Notes: generated from the sequence alone by a model not told the origin. A DNA stretch of 64,000 nucleotides from Candidatus Hydrogenedentota bacterium (GCA_963745075.1 CAVUWV010000013.1:96001-160000); one strand, 5' to 3'; numbered from the stretch's first letter, positions 17,940 through 28,655 are shown. A program made the numbers and translations.

Positions 17940-18288
17940 ATGGCCCGAAGGGCCTGAATACCCATAGCCCCGGGTTGGCCGCCGCGCAGCAAGGCCTACC
18001 CGGTGTCCGTGGATTTCCGTTTCGGTCGATACCCTGATGGGGTTCCAAAGTCGCAATCCGGCTATGTACCCCCTTCGGGGAATTGTGGGGAGTGGGGCGG
18101 TGGTGACCCCGGGTAGACCCACGCTCCGCGCGCGTCAACCCGGGGCTGCAAGTATGTAGGCCCTTCGGGCCATTACGGCGGCTTGACGCCGCCGCGTGAT
18201 TGGTGCAAGCGGGTGGCGTCATCGGGTGGCGCAATTGGGTAGTGCAAACGGGTGGCGTCATCGGGTGGTGCAATTGGGCGGCACCATC
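17940..18288. repeat. Long palindromic element family B, copy 3 (REPIN/MITE-like), with seven 13-bp tandem units
   Basis: Perfect 16-bp inverted termini ATGGCCCGAAGGGCCT (17940-17955) and AGGCCCTTCGGGCCAT (18158-18173); AGCCCCGGGTTG/CAACCCGGGGCT inner IR; tail at 18198-18288. Confidence 0.9.
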
Positions 18289-18440
18289 GCGAAGATGTTC
18301 CGGCTCGGAATCGCGGTTGGGCGAGCGGTTTGATTGAGGCTCGGAACCGTGGTCATACGATTTGTTCGCTTGGTTTCAGGAATCGTGGTTGCGCGGGTGG
18401 TGTCATCGTTCTTGAGGCTCCTAACAGAATCGAGTGATGC

Positions 18441-18495
18441 AGCGCAGGCGTCCTCGCCTGCCTCTTTTGAATTTGCAGGCGAGGACGCCTGCGCT
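18441..18495. repeat. REP doublet (REPIN-like), family C
   Basis: AGCGCAGGCGTCCTCGCCTGC-13 nt-GCAGGCGAGGACGCCTGCGCT, a perfect 21-bp inverted pair in which each arm is itself a hairpin. Confidence 0.85.
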
Positions 18496-18728
18496 TCACG
18501 AACTCTCCCGGTACTGGTTAGGAGTTCCCAATTTGGCAGTTCGGCGCGCCGATTGCGGCAGCCGTGGTGAATTGAAGCGTTTGCGGAAATCTTGATACTC
18601 TGGCGTACGCAAACCACAGGGATCTGTACTTTCGGAACGGGCTGTCCCGTGCCGGTGAGTTTTGATCGACTCTTGCGCCGTCGCCGTGTAGGGGACGGAA
18701 TTTCGGGATCGGAAGGAAGGAGCACCGA

Positions 18729-20097
18729 ATGAAGATCAAGCCGCACATTTTCCGTGAATACGACATTCGCGGGATCGCTGGCAAAGACCTGGATGAGTCG
18801 ACTTACGAAGTGGTTGGCAAGGCCTTGTGCGCCAACCTGCGCGGCAAGAAGAAGCACAACTGCGTCGTCGTCGGGCGGGACGGGCGTCTTACGTCGAAGG
18901 CCTACGCGGATGCGTTTATCGACGGCGTCACCGCGTGCGGCGTGAACGTCATCGACATCGGCGAAGTGCCCACGCCCCTCGTGTATTACGGGCTCTTTAC
19001 GCTGCCCGTCGACGGCGGCGTGATGATCACGGCTAGCCACAATCCCAAAGAGTACAACGGAATGAAAGTCGCCATCGGCAAGGCGACGCTCCACGGCAAA
19101 GAGATCCAGAAACTGATGAAGATCGCCCAGGCCGGGAAATTTCCGAAGGCCAAGGGCCCGGTTACGATCACGCGCATGGACCTCGTTCCGAAGTATCTGA
19201 AGCGGATCACGAGCGGCATTACGCTCAAGCGCAAACTCAAGGTCGTGCTCGACGGCGGCAACGGCGTCGGCGGCCCGGTCGGCCTCGAGTTGTACAAGCG
19301 ACTCGGGTGCGAGGTGATTCCCCTGTACTGCGACGTGGACGGGACCTTTCCCGAATCACCATCCCGACCCGACGGTCCCCGCGAACTTGAAGACGCTCAT
19401 CGCGACGGTGAAGCGCACCAAGGCCGATCTCGGCATCGCCTACGACGGCGACGTGGACCGCATCGGCGCCGTGGACAACAAGGGCAACGTCATCTTCGGG
19501 GACAAGCTGCTCATCCTCTTCGCGCGCGACGTGCTGAAAGAAAAGCCCGGCGCCACGATCATCGGCGAAGTGAAGAGTTCGCGCTCGCTGTACGAAGACA
19601 TCGCCAAACACGGCGGCAAACCCATCATGTGGAAGACGGGCCACTCGTTGATCAAGGCGGCCATGAAGATTCACCACGCGCAACTCGCCGGCGAAATGAG
19701 CGGGCACATGTTCTTCAAGCACCGCTGGTACGGGTTTGACGACGCCATCTACGCGGGCGCGCGTTTGCTCGAGTATCTGTCCAAGGGCCGGAAGACGTTG
19801 AACGATCATCTCGCCAACGTTCCCGAAACCTTCGTCACGGAAGAAATCCGGATCGAAACGAATGAATCCCGCAAATTCGCCATCGTTGCCCAGGCGACGC
19901 AGTATTTTAAGAAGGAACTCGGTCTCAACGTCAACGACATTGACGGCGCCCGCATCGAGTTCGAAGACGGGTGGGGGCTCATTCGCGCGTCCAACACGTC
20001 GCCCGTGCTGGTCATGCGCTGCGAGGCAAACACCAAGAAGCGGCTCAACGAAATCCGCAAGCTCATCGAGACGAAAGTCAAAGAGCTGAACAAATAG
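18729..20097 (+). CDS. Phosphomannomutase/phosphoglucomutase (frameshift near 19350)
   Basis: IFREYDIRG, ITASHNP, DGTFP[N]HHPDP across the shift, YDGDVDR, AGEMSGH, RASNT. Confidence 0.95.
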
Positions 20098-20180
20098 TAT
20101 CCGGTGTTGTGCGGGGGACGGCGATGCTGTTCCCCGCCGTCTATTTCGCGAGTTGCCGTCACGAGCAGGGGAGGGGAGCG

Positions 20181-22470
20181 ATGCTGGTCTGGGCTGTTGT
20201 AGCGGCTGCGATATTCCATGGTGCGGCCGACGGCAACGTGTTGCCGAATCCGTCCTTTGAAGAGCCCACCAACAAACCGTCCGGTTGGGATTCCCACGTC
20301 TGGAGCGGCACGGCGGACTTCGCCTACGTCGAAGACGGCCGGACGGGGAAACGCTGCGTTCGGATCGCGTCCAAATCCGGCGGCGACGTGGCTTGGTTCC
20401 GCACCGCGCGTGTGGAACCCTACTCGGTGTATCGTCTCTCCGGCTGGATCAAGACCGAACACGTCCAGGCTACCTCGGGCGAGGGCGCGCTGTTGAATCT
20501 TCATTACGGCCCGTCCGCGAAGACCCAGGCCGTTACCGGTACCACGGATTGGACGCAGGTCTCGGTGGAGTTCAAAACCGGCGAGACCGAGACCATCACG
20601 ATCAATTGCTTGTTCGGTGGTTGGGGGCAGGCGACCGGGACCGCATGGTATGACGATCTCAGTTTGGAACGCATAGGGGATCAAGCCTTGAACCCAGCCG
20701 TGACCGTCGACGTTTCCAAGACCGGACCGCCCATCTCGAAATACATCTACGGACAGTTCATCGAACACTTGGGGCGCTGCATCTATGGCGGCATCTGGGC
20801 GGAGATGCTTCAGGACCGCAAGTTCTATTACGCCGTCGACACGGAACACTCGCCCTGGGATTCCCTCAGCCCGGGCACGGTGGAGATGATTCCCGACAAC
20901 TCCTACGTGGGCGACCAAACCCCCTTCGTAACCGGCGGCGGAATCACGCAGGGTGGGCTGGGCGTCCTTGCGGGCAAGAAATACGAGGGACGTATCGTTC
21001 TGAAGGGCCAGGGTCCCGTGGACATTACGCTGTCTTGGGGCGATGGCGATGCCGACAGCGCCTTAGTGCGCATTATGGATTTAACGGACGAATACCAGAA
21101 GTATCCCTTGTCCTTCAAGGCCGGTGCGTCAACGGACGATGCGCGCATCACCATCGGCGGTCCCAATGCGTTCTATGTGGGCACCCTTTCCCTCATGCCC
21201 GGCGACAATGTGAACGGCATGCGCGCGGATACGCTGGAGTTGCTCAAGGAACTCAACGCACCGGTCTACCGCTGGCCCGGCGGCAATTTCGTCAGCGGAT
21301 ACGACTGGCGCGACGGACTTGGCGATCCCGACCGGAGGCCGCCGCGAAAGAATCCCGCGTGGACGGGCATCGAGCACAACGATTTCGGTATCCACGAATA
21401 CATGGCGTTTTGCGAGGCAGTCGACGCCGAACCCTACATCGCCGTGAACAGCGGGCTTGGGTCCGTCGACAACGCCCGCGACGAAGTGGAATACGCGAAC
21501 GGCGCAGCGACAACGGCCATGGGCGAGCTGCGGGCGAAGAACGGCCATCCTGAACCGTGGCACGTCAAATGGTGGAGCATCGGCAATGAGATGTATGGCG
21601 ACTGGCAACTCGGCCATATCCCGCTTGAAGAGTACGTAAAACGCCACAACGAATTCGCCGACACCATGCGCGCGCTCGATCCGTCTATCAAGTTGATTGC
21701 CGTGGGCGCGACGGGACCCTGGAGCGAAGCCATGTTGACGGAGTGCGCCGACCACATGGACCTGCTGAGCGAACATTTCTATTGTGGCGAGAAACCCGGC
21801 TTGATCGAGCACGTTCGTCAGATTGCCGACAACGTACGCGCCAAGGCCGACGCACAGCGCAAGTACTGGGCGGAGATCCCCGCGCTGAAAGATAACCACA
21901 TCCGCATTGCGTTGGACGAGTACAACTACTGGTACGGTCCACACCTTTACGGAGAACTCGGAACGCGCTATTTCCTGCAGGACGCCCTGGGCATCGCCGG
22001 GGGCATTCACGAGTTGACCCGCAACAGCGACGTTTTCGAGATGGCGAACTACGCACAAACTGTGAATGTCATCGGGTGCATCAAGACCAGCAAGACCGCC
22101 GCCGTCATTCGCAACCACCGGGCTGGTACTTGAGCTGTATTGCGCGCATTTTGGCGTGACGCCGGTCGAAGTTACCGGTGACGCCAAGCCCCTCGACGTG
22201 GCCGCGGCCTGGAATGCCGATCGGTCGGCCATCACGATCGGCGTCGTGAACCCGACGCTGAATACTGTCGAGCTGAAGCTTCAATTCGCGAATGTGGAAC
22301 CGGCGGAGAACGGCACAGTATGGGTCATTACCGGCGCCGACCGTATGGCCTATAATGAACCCGGCAAGGAGCCGTCTGTGACGATACAGGAGCAGGCGTA
22401 CCGTGGAATGAAAGACAACTTGTCCGTCGCCCCGTTGAGCGTGTCTCTTTACGAATTGAAGGTGAAGTAG
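20181..22470 (+). CDS. Alpha-L-arabinofuranosidase (GH51) with N-terminal CBM4/9-like domain (frameshift near 22103)
   Basis: YIYGQFIEHLGRCIYGG, RWPGGNF, IGNEMYG, ALDEYN, ANYAQTVNVIG; the C-terminal domain continues in another frame to 22470. Confidence 0.92.
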
Positions 22471-22566
22471 TACCCATCGTTGACGCAGCGTCCGCCAGGT
22501 TGCAGCAGACCGTTCCATTGCGGTAGCGTGAAGGTCTGGGATCCGGAGCCGGTGGGAATTCGTCCG

Positions 22567-24396
22567 ATGCAGACCTGCAGTGATTTCCTTCTAGAGAGTT
22601 GCGCCGAAATTGCGCTGGCCGCCGTCGAACATGTCGATGCCGAAGATTTCCAAGCACCTCTGGAGTCGGTCATCCGCAACCTTGTTGCATGTGTGGATAA
22701 GGACACCGGGATCGACGTTGCCCCGTTGCGTGACGCGGGGGCGGACGACGATCTTATCGGACGCCTGTTGCGCGCCGCCGAGACGGAGACCATCGAACGG
22801 CTCCGCGCTCAGTCCAACGGCAAGGATTTCGCCGGAAACATCCTTCAATTGCGGTCGTGCATTCGCAAGTCGATCCCGCCGTCACTGCTGAATCTCGAAA
22901 GTGTCCGGAACTATCACGAACTGGTGGCCGGCGTGACGCGGGATGCCCATCCCGAAAATCAGCGCTTGTACGACTTTTTCACCGGCATTCTGAAAAATAT
23001 TCGCGATCTGATCTTTGTGCATGACGCCCGCGGTAATATCCTTTACGTCAACGACGCGGGACTCAACACCATCAGGTACACGCGGGACGATCTACTGGAA
23101 GGATTGTCCATCTACGACGTCGTGGTTTCCAAGTATGTGGATCTCGTGGAAGAGCGGATGGCCGGTCCCGGCGGCGGGAAACTTTCGCCATTTACGATCG
23201 AGATTTACGCGAAAGACGGCGAACGCATCCCCATGGAGATCGATACGCGTATCCTTTCCAGTGACGGTGGATCCCAGGCCTTGGTCGGGGTTGCCCGGGA
23301 TCTCCGTTTGGAGCGCCGCCTGCAGACCGACATTCGGCGCGCGAACTGTTACGTGGAGACACTGCTCGACATCGCGCCGGTGGGGGTGCTGATCGCCGAT
23401 TCAGACGGACGTATTCGCGAGGCGAATTCGTTGGCCGGGGCCATGTGCGGTGCGCCGTCGTTAAATGCGCTTATTGGTTTGAATCTGTCCGAGCTGGGCG
23501 AACGGCAGGATCCCGCGGGCCGCGCAGCCTTGGCGCGCGTCGTCGATACGCGCAAAGATTTTCGGGCCTGCATGACGTTTCGGACTCGCTTCGGCAAGAA
23601 GGTCCATTGCGACGTGATTGCGGCGCCCCTCGAACTCGATGACGGCAGCCTCGACGGGGCCGTCATGTTGCTGGTCGACATATCCGAACAGAAGGCGCTG
23701 CAGCAGGAGTTGCTCCAGGCCGAGAAGATGTCCGCCCTCGGCGAGATCGTTGCGCGCGCGGCGCACGAACTGAACAACCCGCTGGCGGGCATTATCGGGT
23801 ACGCCCAGCTAATGCAGGACGCCCTTGAGAAACCGGCTCACAAGGAACGGATTGGCCGGATTCTGGAAGAAGCCGACCGGTGCCGCCGGATCGGGGACAA
23901 CCTCCTCGCCTTTGCCAAGCGGGGCCAACGCGAAATGGTTCCACACGATGTCAACGAGCTGGTCCGACAGGCGGTCGGACTATGTGAATACGCGCTTCAA
24001 GTCGATCGCATCGATGTAACACTGGACTTGGCCGACGAATTGCCACAAGTTCGCTGCGCCGTGCAGGACTTGCAGCGCGTGTTCCTGAACATCATCAACA
24101 ATGCCCATCTCGCTCTGCTGGAGGTCGGGCCAGATCGGCGTCGTCTTGAAATCGGTACGCGTCTGGAAAGCAATGCCATTCAAATCCGCTTCGCCGATAC
24201 GGGATGCGGCATCGACGAAGACATTGTGCCGAAACTCTTCCAACCCTTCTTTACGACGCGCGACGTGGGGGAGGGGATCGGGCTCGGTCTCAGCGTCGGT
24301 TACGCCGTCGTCTCCGATCACAGCGGCGCCATCAAAGTGGAGAGCGAGAAAGGCGAAGGCGCCACATTTATCGTGGAGCTTCCCGTTCGGTCATAG
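22567..24396 (+). CDS. PAS-domain sensor histidine kinase
   Basis: Two PAS-like domains, H-box AHELNNPL, QRVFLNIINNA, DTGCGI, FQPFFTT, GIGLGLS. Alternative start at 22480. Confidence 0.93.
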   Translation: MQTCSDFLLESCAEIALAAVEHVDAEDFQAPLESVIRNLVACVDKDTGIDVAPLRDAGADDDLIGRLLRAAETETIERLRAQSNGKDFAGNILQLRSCIRKSIPPSLLNLESVRNYHELVAGVTRDAHPENQRLYDFFTGILKNIRDLIFVHDARGNILYVNDAGLNTIRYTRDDLLEGLSIYDVVVSKYVDLVEERMAGPGGGKLSPFTIEIYAKDGERIPMEIDTRILSSDGGSQALVGVARDLRLERRLQTDIRRANCYVETLLDIAPVGVLIADSDGRIREANSLAGAMCGAPSLNALIGLNLSELGERQDPAGRAALARVVDTRKDFRACMTFRTRFGKKVHCDVIAAPLELDDGSLDGAVMLLVDISEQKALQQELLQAEKMSALGEIVARAAHELNNPLAGIIGYAQLMQDALEKPAHKERIGRILEEADRCRRIGDNLLAFAKRGQREMVPHDVNELVRQAVGLCEYALQVDRIDVTLDLADELPQVRCAVQDLQRVFLNIINNAHLALLEVGPDRRRLEIGTRLESNAIQIRFADTGCGIDEDIVPKLFQPFFTTRDVGEGIGLGLSVGYAVVSDHSGAIKVESEKGEGATFIVELPVRS

Positions 24397-24430
24397 TCTT
24401 CCGTCCGTGCCAGTCCGGGTGAGCAAACAT

Positions 24431-26236
24431 CTATTCTTCGGCCAATTCCAACTCGTCTTCCACAAACCGCTCGTCGTTCGGGTTCGGCACGTGCAAGTAC
24501 GTCGCCTCACCACCCGGATCCGGAAACTCCGTCAGAGTCAATTCCCAGTCCGGCGCGGCTTGCGGGTACCAATGGGTCGTGAGCCAAGCTTTCACGCGGC
24601 ATGAAAGGCCTTCGGGCCGTACGGTCGAATCCGGGAAAGGTCCTTCCAGGGTTCCGGGATCGATCGTGATGAGACGTAGAACTTTTTCCGGGACATCCGG
24701 GTTCAGGGCTGGGTCCAAACAGAACACGCGCGGGCCATACATGACCGCTACGCGTCCTGCTTGCGCCTTGCGTCCACGCACGAGACGCAGCGTCATCGGA
24801 AGCGAGAGATCGACCACGTCTCCCGGCTTCCACTCGCGCGAAATGGTGTGGTACGTTCCGGCTTTGGCCGATTCACCCTCCGCCGCGCCATTCACGCGCA
24901 CATCGGCCAATTCACACCACTTTGGAATCCGAAGGCGCAAGGCAAACGAAACCGGCATTTCGGGATTGACCCTGAGCGTGACGGTTCCGTTCGTTGGGTA
25001 CGCGGTTTCCTGAGAGAGGGTTACGGGTACGTCGTCGATCGTGAGGTGCGCGGTTGATTCGCTGTATAGATTCACCGCAATGCCGTCGTCGGACTGGTAA
25101 TAGATCAACTGCGGCAATTCCGCGATGATCCGCCGGTAGTTGCAGGGGCAGCAATACGTGTCCTTGTCGAAGTAGACGCGCTTGCCCTCCTGCGGCGAGT
25201 AGTAGCGGATGTGGCGTCCATCGGGCGACTGCGCCGCAAACAATGCATTGTATATCGCGCGCTCCATCAAATCGCCGTATTCGGGATTCCCTTCCATGCG
25301 CTGCAACTCGTCAAGCATCCGCACCAGGTAGGCGGTGGCGCAGGTTTCCCCGAGGTTGGCCGCCCCCTCCTGCGTGCTGTGCCAACACTCGTGTTGTCCG
25401 CAGGTACCTGTGACCACGAGTCCGTCCCGCGTGGTGAGGTAATCCACGACACGGTGCGCCGGAACGAGAAGTTGTGGTTGAGGCTGAATGCGGTAGAGAC
25501 GCAACTGCGCGATACATCGCGCCATGTACGCGTACGCGTGACCCTGGATGGGCCCCCAGCGGCCTTCCACGATGGGGCCGTCCCATTCCGCGAGTTTGCG
25601 CTGGCCCACACAGAAATCGAGGTACTTCGCGTCGCCCGTTTCTTTGTGCAGGGCCAACAAGGCGGGCTCCAGCCCCGTTACGGCCATGTACACCGTGATC
25701 GCACCGTCACCCGGTTTGCGATCCGGTTCCGCGGCCCATCCGGCGATAATGTAGTCGGCCGCACGCCGTGCCGCGTCGAGGGATTTGGTGTTGCCGAAGA
25801 AGCGGTGGTCCATGGTCAGCCCGTATATGAGGTAGGACATCTCGTGGATATCCCACAACGACCACAGACGCGCCTTCGGTGCGAACATTCCGATGTATCC
25901 GTCCGGTTCCTGCAGCGCGATGATGCTGTCCACGAGATGTTGTTTCCGCGCGAGGACCGCGGGATCGTCCGTGTACGCCGCAAACCGCACCGCGGCGTCG
26001 ATGAGCTTGCCGAGTCCGACATAACCGCCGGTCGCCGTGCGATCGTGAAAGGGTCTCAGGAACTCGCCGTCCGCATCGAGCACCATGAGATTGTTGCGAA
26101 TGGTTGCGTCGACGCGGCTTCCCAACTCGCCCCCGACCTCGACGTTTCCGATATCCAGACGTTTGAACGTGTCGGCAAGACCTGGCATTACGAGTGCGGC
26201 GCCGGCGGCGAACAACAGGACGAAACTGCGAACCAT
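24431..26236 (-). CDS. GH127 beta-L-arabinofuranosidase-like protein
   Basis: Signal peptide from ATG 26236; QEPDGY, GHAY, ETCAT, ERAIYN, CCPCN, QETAYP, LRIPKW motifs. Confidence 0.9.
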   Translation of the reverse strand: MVRSFVLLFAAGAALVMPGLADTFKRLDIGNVEVGGELGSRVDATIRNNLMVLDADGEFLRPFHDRTATGGYVGLGKLIDAAVRFAAYTDDPAVLARKQHLVDSIIALQEPDGYIGMFAPKARLWSLWDIHEMSYLIYGLTMDHRFFGNTKSLDAARRAADYIIAGWAAEPDRKPGDGAITVYMAVTGLEPALLALHKETGDAKYLDFCVGQRKLAEWDGPIVEGRWGPIQGHAYAYMARCIAQLRLYRIQPQPQLLVPAHRVVDYLTTRDGLVVTGTCGQHECWHSTQEGAANLGETCATAYLVRMLDELQRMEGNPEYGDLMERAIYNALFAAQSPDGRHIRYYSPQEGKRVYFDKDTYCCPCNYRRIIAELPQLIYYQSDDGIAVNLYSESTAHLTIDDVPVTLSQETAYPTNGTVTLRVNPEMPVSFALRLRIPKWCELADVRVNGAAEGESAKAGTYHTISREWKPGDVVDLSLPMTLRLVRGRKAQAGRVAVMYGPRVFCLDPALNPDVPEKVLRLITIDPGTLEGPFPDSTVRPEGLSCRVKAWLTTHWYPQAAPDWELTLTEFPDPGGEATYLHVPNPNDERFVEDELELAEE

Positions 26237-26508
26237 AAACGAACCCCCTCTCCAGCCCATTCTCCGCGAATCGCCCCGAATAGGCCCACAACCCTGCGAA
26301 TTGGTGAAGCACCCTCCGTACCGTCTATAATACCACCGTTGCGGATGCAAGGCAGAACCGGGTAAAACGAAGTTTGTCGCAGGACAACTGTGCACTGGGG
26401 TGCACCGTCTTTCCCTCCATTCAACGCCGATCCGCACGCTCTGTCGTAGGGTTCCCATAAATGGATACGTAAAGGCGCCTTCCGGAGTGTTGGCCACCAA
26501 AGGAGTAA

Positions 26509-27018
26509 ATGATGCGTTGGAGATTTTCTGTCGTCGCGTATGTATTGGTTGGTTTGTCAGTAATGGTTCTGGTCGCTGCCAAACAGCAGTCGGCCCAACC
26601 GGATCCAAAACCGCTCCGCGTGGCACAGAATCAGCAAGCCGCGGAGAAAGCGCAACCCATGACCGATGGCGAACGGGCCTCGCAAATTGAACGTGGCGCG
26701 TACATCGCCCATTACGTCGCCATGTGCGTCATATGTCACACGCCCAAAGACGATAACGGGATGCCGATCCAGGGCCGGGAATTCGAGGGCGGGGTCATCC
26801 CGGTTCAGCCTTCCTATCCCAGCATGAAGCAGTGGGCTTCCAATGCGCCCGCGCTTGGACCGCTCGTCGGTGGCGCTCCCGAGGACGTAATCTCGCTACT
26901 GCAAACTGGTATCTGGCCGCGCACCAAACAGTCGCCCCGTCCTCCCATGCCGCCATTCCGGTTCACGGAAGAAGACGCGCGCGCGGTGGTCGCCTACCTC
27001 CGAAGCGTAACGCAATAG
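26509..27018 (+). CDS. Monoheme c-type cytochrome
   Basis: Signal/TM segment, ERGAYI...CVICHTP, distal PPMPPF, AVVAYLRS. Confidence 0.9.
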   Translation: MMRWRFSVVAYVLVGLSVMVLVAAKQQSAQPDPKPLRVAQNQQAAEKAQPMTDGERASQIERGAYIAHYVAMCVICHTPKDDNGMPIQGREFEGGVIPVQPSYPSMKQWASNAPALGPLVGGAPEDVISLLQTGIWPRTKQSPRPPMPPFRFTEEDARAVVAYLRSVTQ

Positions 27019-27030
27019 CGCCGGGTCCGA

Positions 27031-28455
27031 TTATCCTTCGAGGTAAGGAATGACTGGGCAGTTCCGGCAGGAGGGATTGGGTTCGCACCAGTCCTGATAG
27101 ACCTGTAGCAGCCCTTGTTGGGTGCGAAAGTCTATCCGCGGCGGCTTGAGATCGCCAAACACCCGGGGAATCATGATCTTCACGATATGATTCCCCGGCT
27201 CTTTTGGTAAGGCCGCAAAGAAAGCGTGAACCTTCTCCTCGAAGGCCCGGTCCTGCCCCAAGCGGGCCGTTGCCAGCGCCGCAGGTAAAAATACGTTTCC
27301 GACGATCGCGCGAATCCGGCTCGCGCCGAGCGGGGCATTGGGCGACGGCAGCCGCTTCCCGGTCCACGTGCAATGTTCCGCCCAGAATCCCATGGCGCTT
27401 GGGAAAAGCCCTTCAAACGCGCGGCGTCGCTCGAGTGGTGAGCGGTCCTCGCGCCAGATGGCCTCGAGTGTGGCCGTGAGGCCCTTGCGTGCGGTGCGCG
27501 TCAGGAACCGCGCCGCGCCCGCGAAACGCCGTTCCGGATAGTTGTTCGGACGGACGCCCGTCCGCGACCACCGTAACGGCAGACTGCGCAAGCCTTCCAA
27601 TTGCGTCTTTCGCAATGCGTCGAGACGCCGAAAGTGGGGGATGGAGCCGTTATCCTCGGGAAGTGATTCCGGCAGCAGTCCCGCGATTTGCAGGAAGGCT
27701 GTTTCCACCAACAGGGGGTCTTGCCGTGCAAGCTGACAGACGCGTTCGTATGGCAGGCTGCGTGCGACCGTAGCAAAATGGTGCTTGAACCGGCTATACC
27801 CGCACGCCGTCAGAAACGATTCGTACACGGCCTGATCCGGCCCGGCCTGTTCGACGCGCACTTGCGCGCCGCGCGCCTTGTGCAGAAGCCGCCATTCGCC
27901 TGCGAGCAGCAAGAACCGGTGGATGTGCGCCGCGCCTTTCGCGCGCGACAACGCCGCGCAATATCCCTCCGTCATGCTGGCGGCGTGGGGGTAATCGTCG
28001 CGAGACATCGATTGCGCCACATTCTGTACGTCCACATCCAAATTCTCCGCAAGGAGCAGGCAGGCCACGCGTCGTCCCGAGGAGGTCATCGCGGGCGACG
28101 GCGGAGGTTTCGCGGAAAGCACGACTTCCAGAATCACGTTGTCGTAACGCGGGTCGGCGTGGTGCCCGTGTTGTCGCCATCCGCCGTGGTCGAGATGGAT
28201 TTCCACGTCGCCCGTCCGCAGCGTGTCGCCAAACTGGATTTGTGCGCCGCGAAAGTCGGGACCTTCCACGTCATTCCACCAGCCCGGCGATATGACGCGG
28301 ATAGGCATACCATCGGAAGTGCGTAATTCGTTCGCAGTAAATAACTGGTCGTACCAGATACATTGCACGACTGCTTCGGGCACGGGTTCCGCCTTTTCCC
28401 GCGCAACTGCGAAGAGCCTCGCGTATGCGTCGATGCCAGCATATGGTTGGGCCAT
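27031..28455 (-). CDS. DUF2851 family protein
   Basis: PEAVVQCIW, SPGWWN..GPDF..A.I, GDVEIH, W..HGH..DPRYDNVIL, RPNNYPERR, terminal WC..CRNCP. Alternative start at 28530. Confidence 0.85.
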   Translation of the reverse strand: MAQPYAGIDAYARLFAVAREKAEPVPEAVVQCIWYDQLFTANELRTSDGMPIRVISPGWWNDVEGPDFRGAQIQFGDTLRTGDVEIHLDHGGWRQHGHHADPRYDNVILEVVLSAKPPPSPAMTSSGRRVACLLLAENLDVDVQNVAQSMSRDDYPHAASMTEGYCAALSRAKGAAHIHRFLLLAGEWRLLHKARGAQVRVEQAGPDQAVYESFLTACGYSRFKHHFATVARSLPYERVCQLARQDPLLVETAFLQIAGLLPESLPEDNGSIPHFRRLDALRKTQLEGLRSLPLRWSRTGVRPNNYPERRFAGAARFLTRTARKGLTATLEAIWREDRSPLERRRAFEGLFPSAMGFWAEHCTWTGKRLPSPNAPLGASRIRAIVGNVFLPAALATARLGQDRAFEEKVHAFFAALPKEPGNHIVKIMIPRVFGDLKPPRIDFRTQQGLLQVYQDWCEPNPSCRNCPVIPYLEG

Positions 28456-28655
28456 GGTGCTCACTGAATGTCGCCGGTCTCCGCAGGCTGTTGGCTGTAC
28501 CAGTCCAGTTATCATAGCATCGCGGGACACATGCAGACCATGTCGCCCCTTGAACGGTTTCGTTTATTAGTCAATAATTTACCAGAAATCGCAAGCGTTC
28601 ATGGTATAATACGCCAAGTGCCGTGGGACCCGGTACCTTGTTCGGAGAGGCCGTT

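Noticed and set aside
14053..18173. Classical integron with attC sites
   Set aside because: No tyrosine integrase is present, the elements are longer than typical attC sites, and I could not place RYYYAAC/GTTRRRY core ends.
17875..18273. ORFs inside the B elements (also 14043-14309 and 15542-15787)
   Set aside because: They are translations of palindromic and tandem repeats with no RBS or protein-like features.
14053..18430. CRISPR array interpretation of the repeats
   Set aside because: The repeats are 100-245 bp and kilobases apart, or are spacer-less 13-mers; there is no constant repeat-spacer period and no cas gene in the window.
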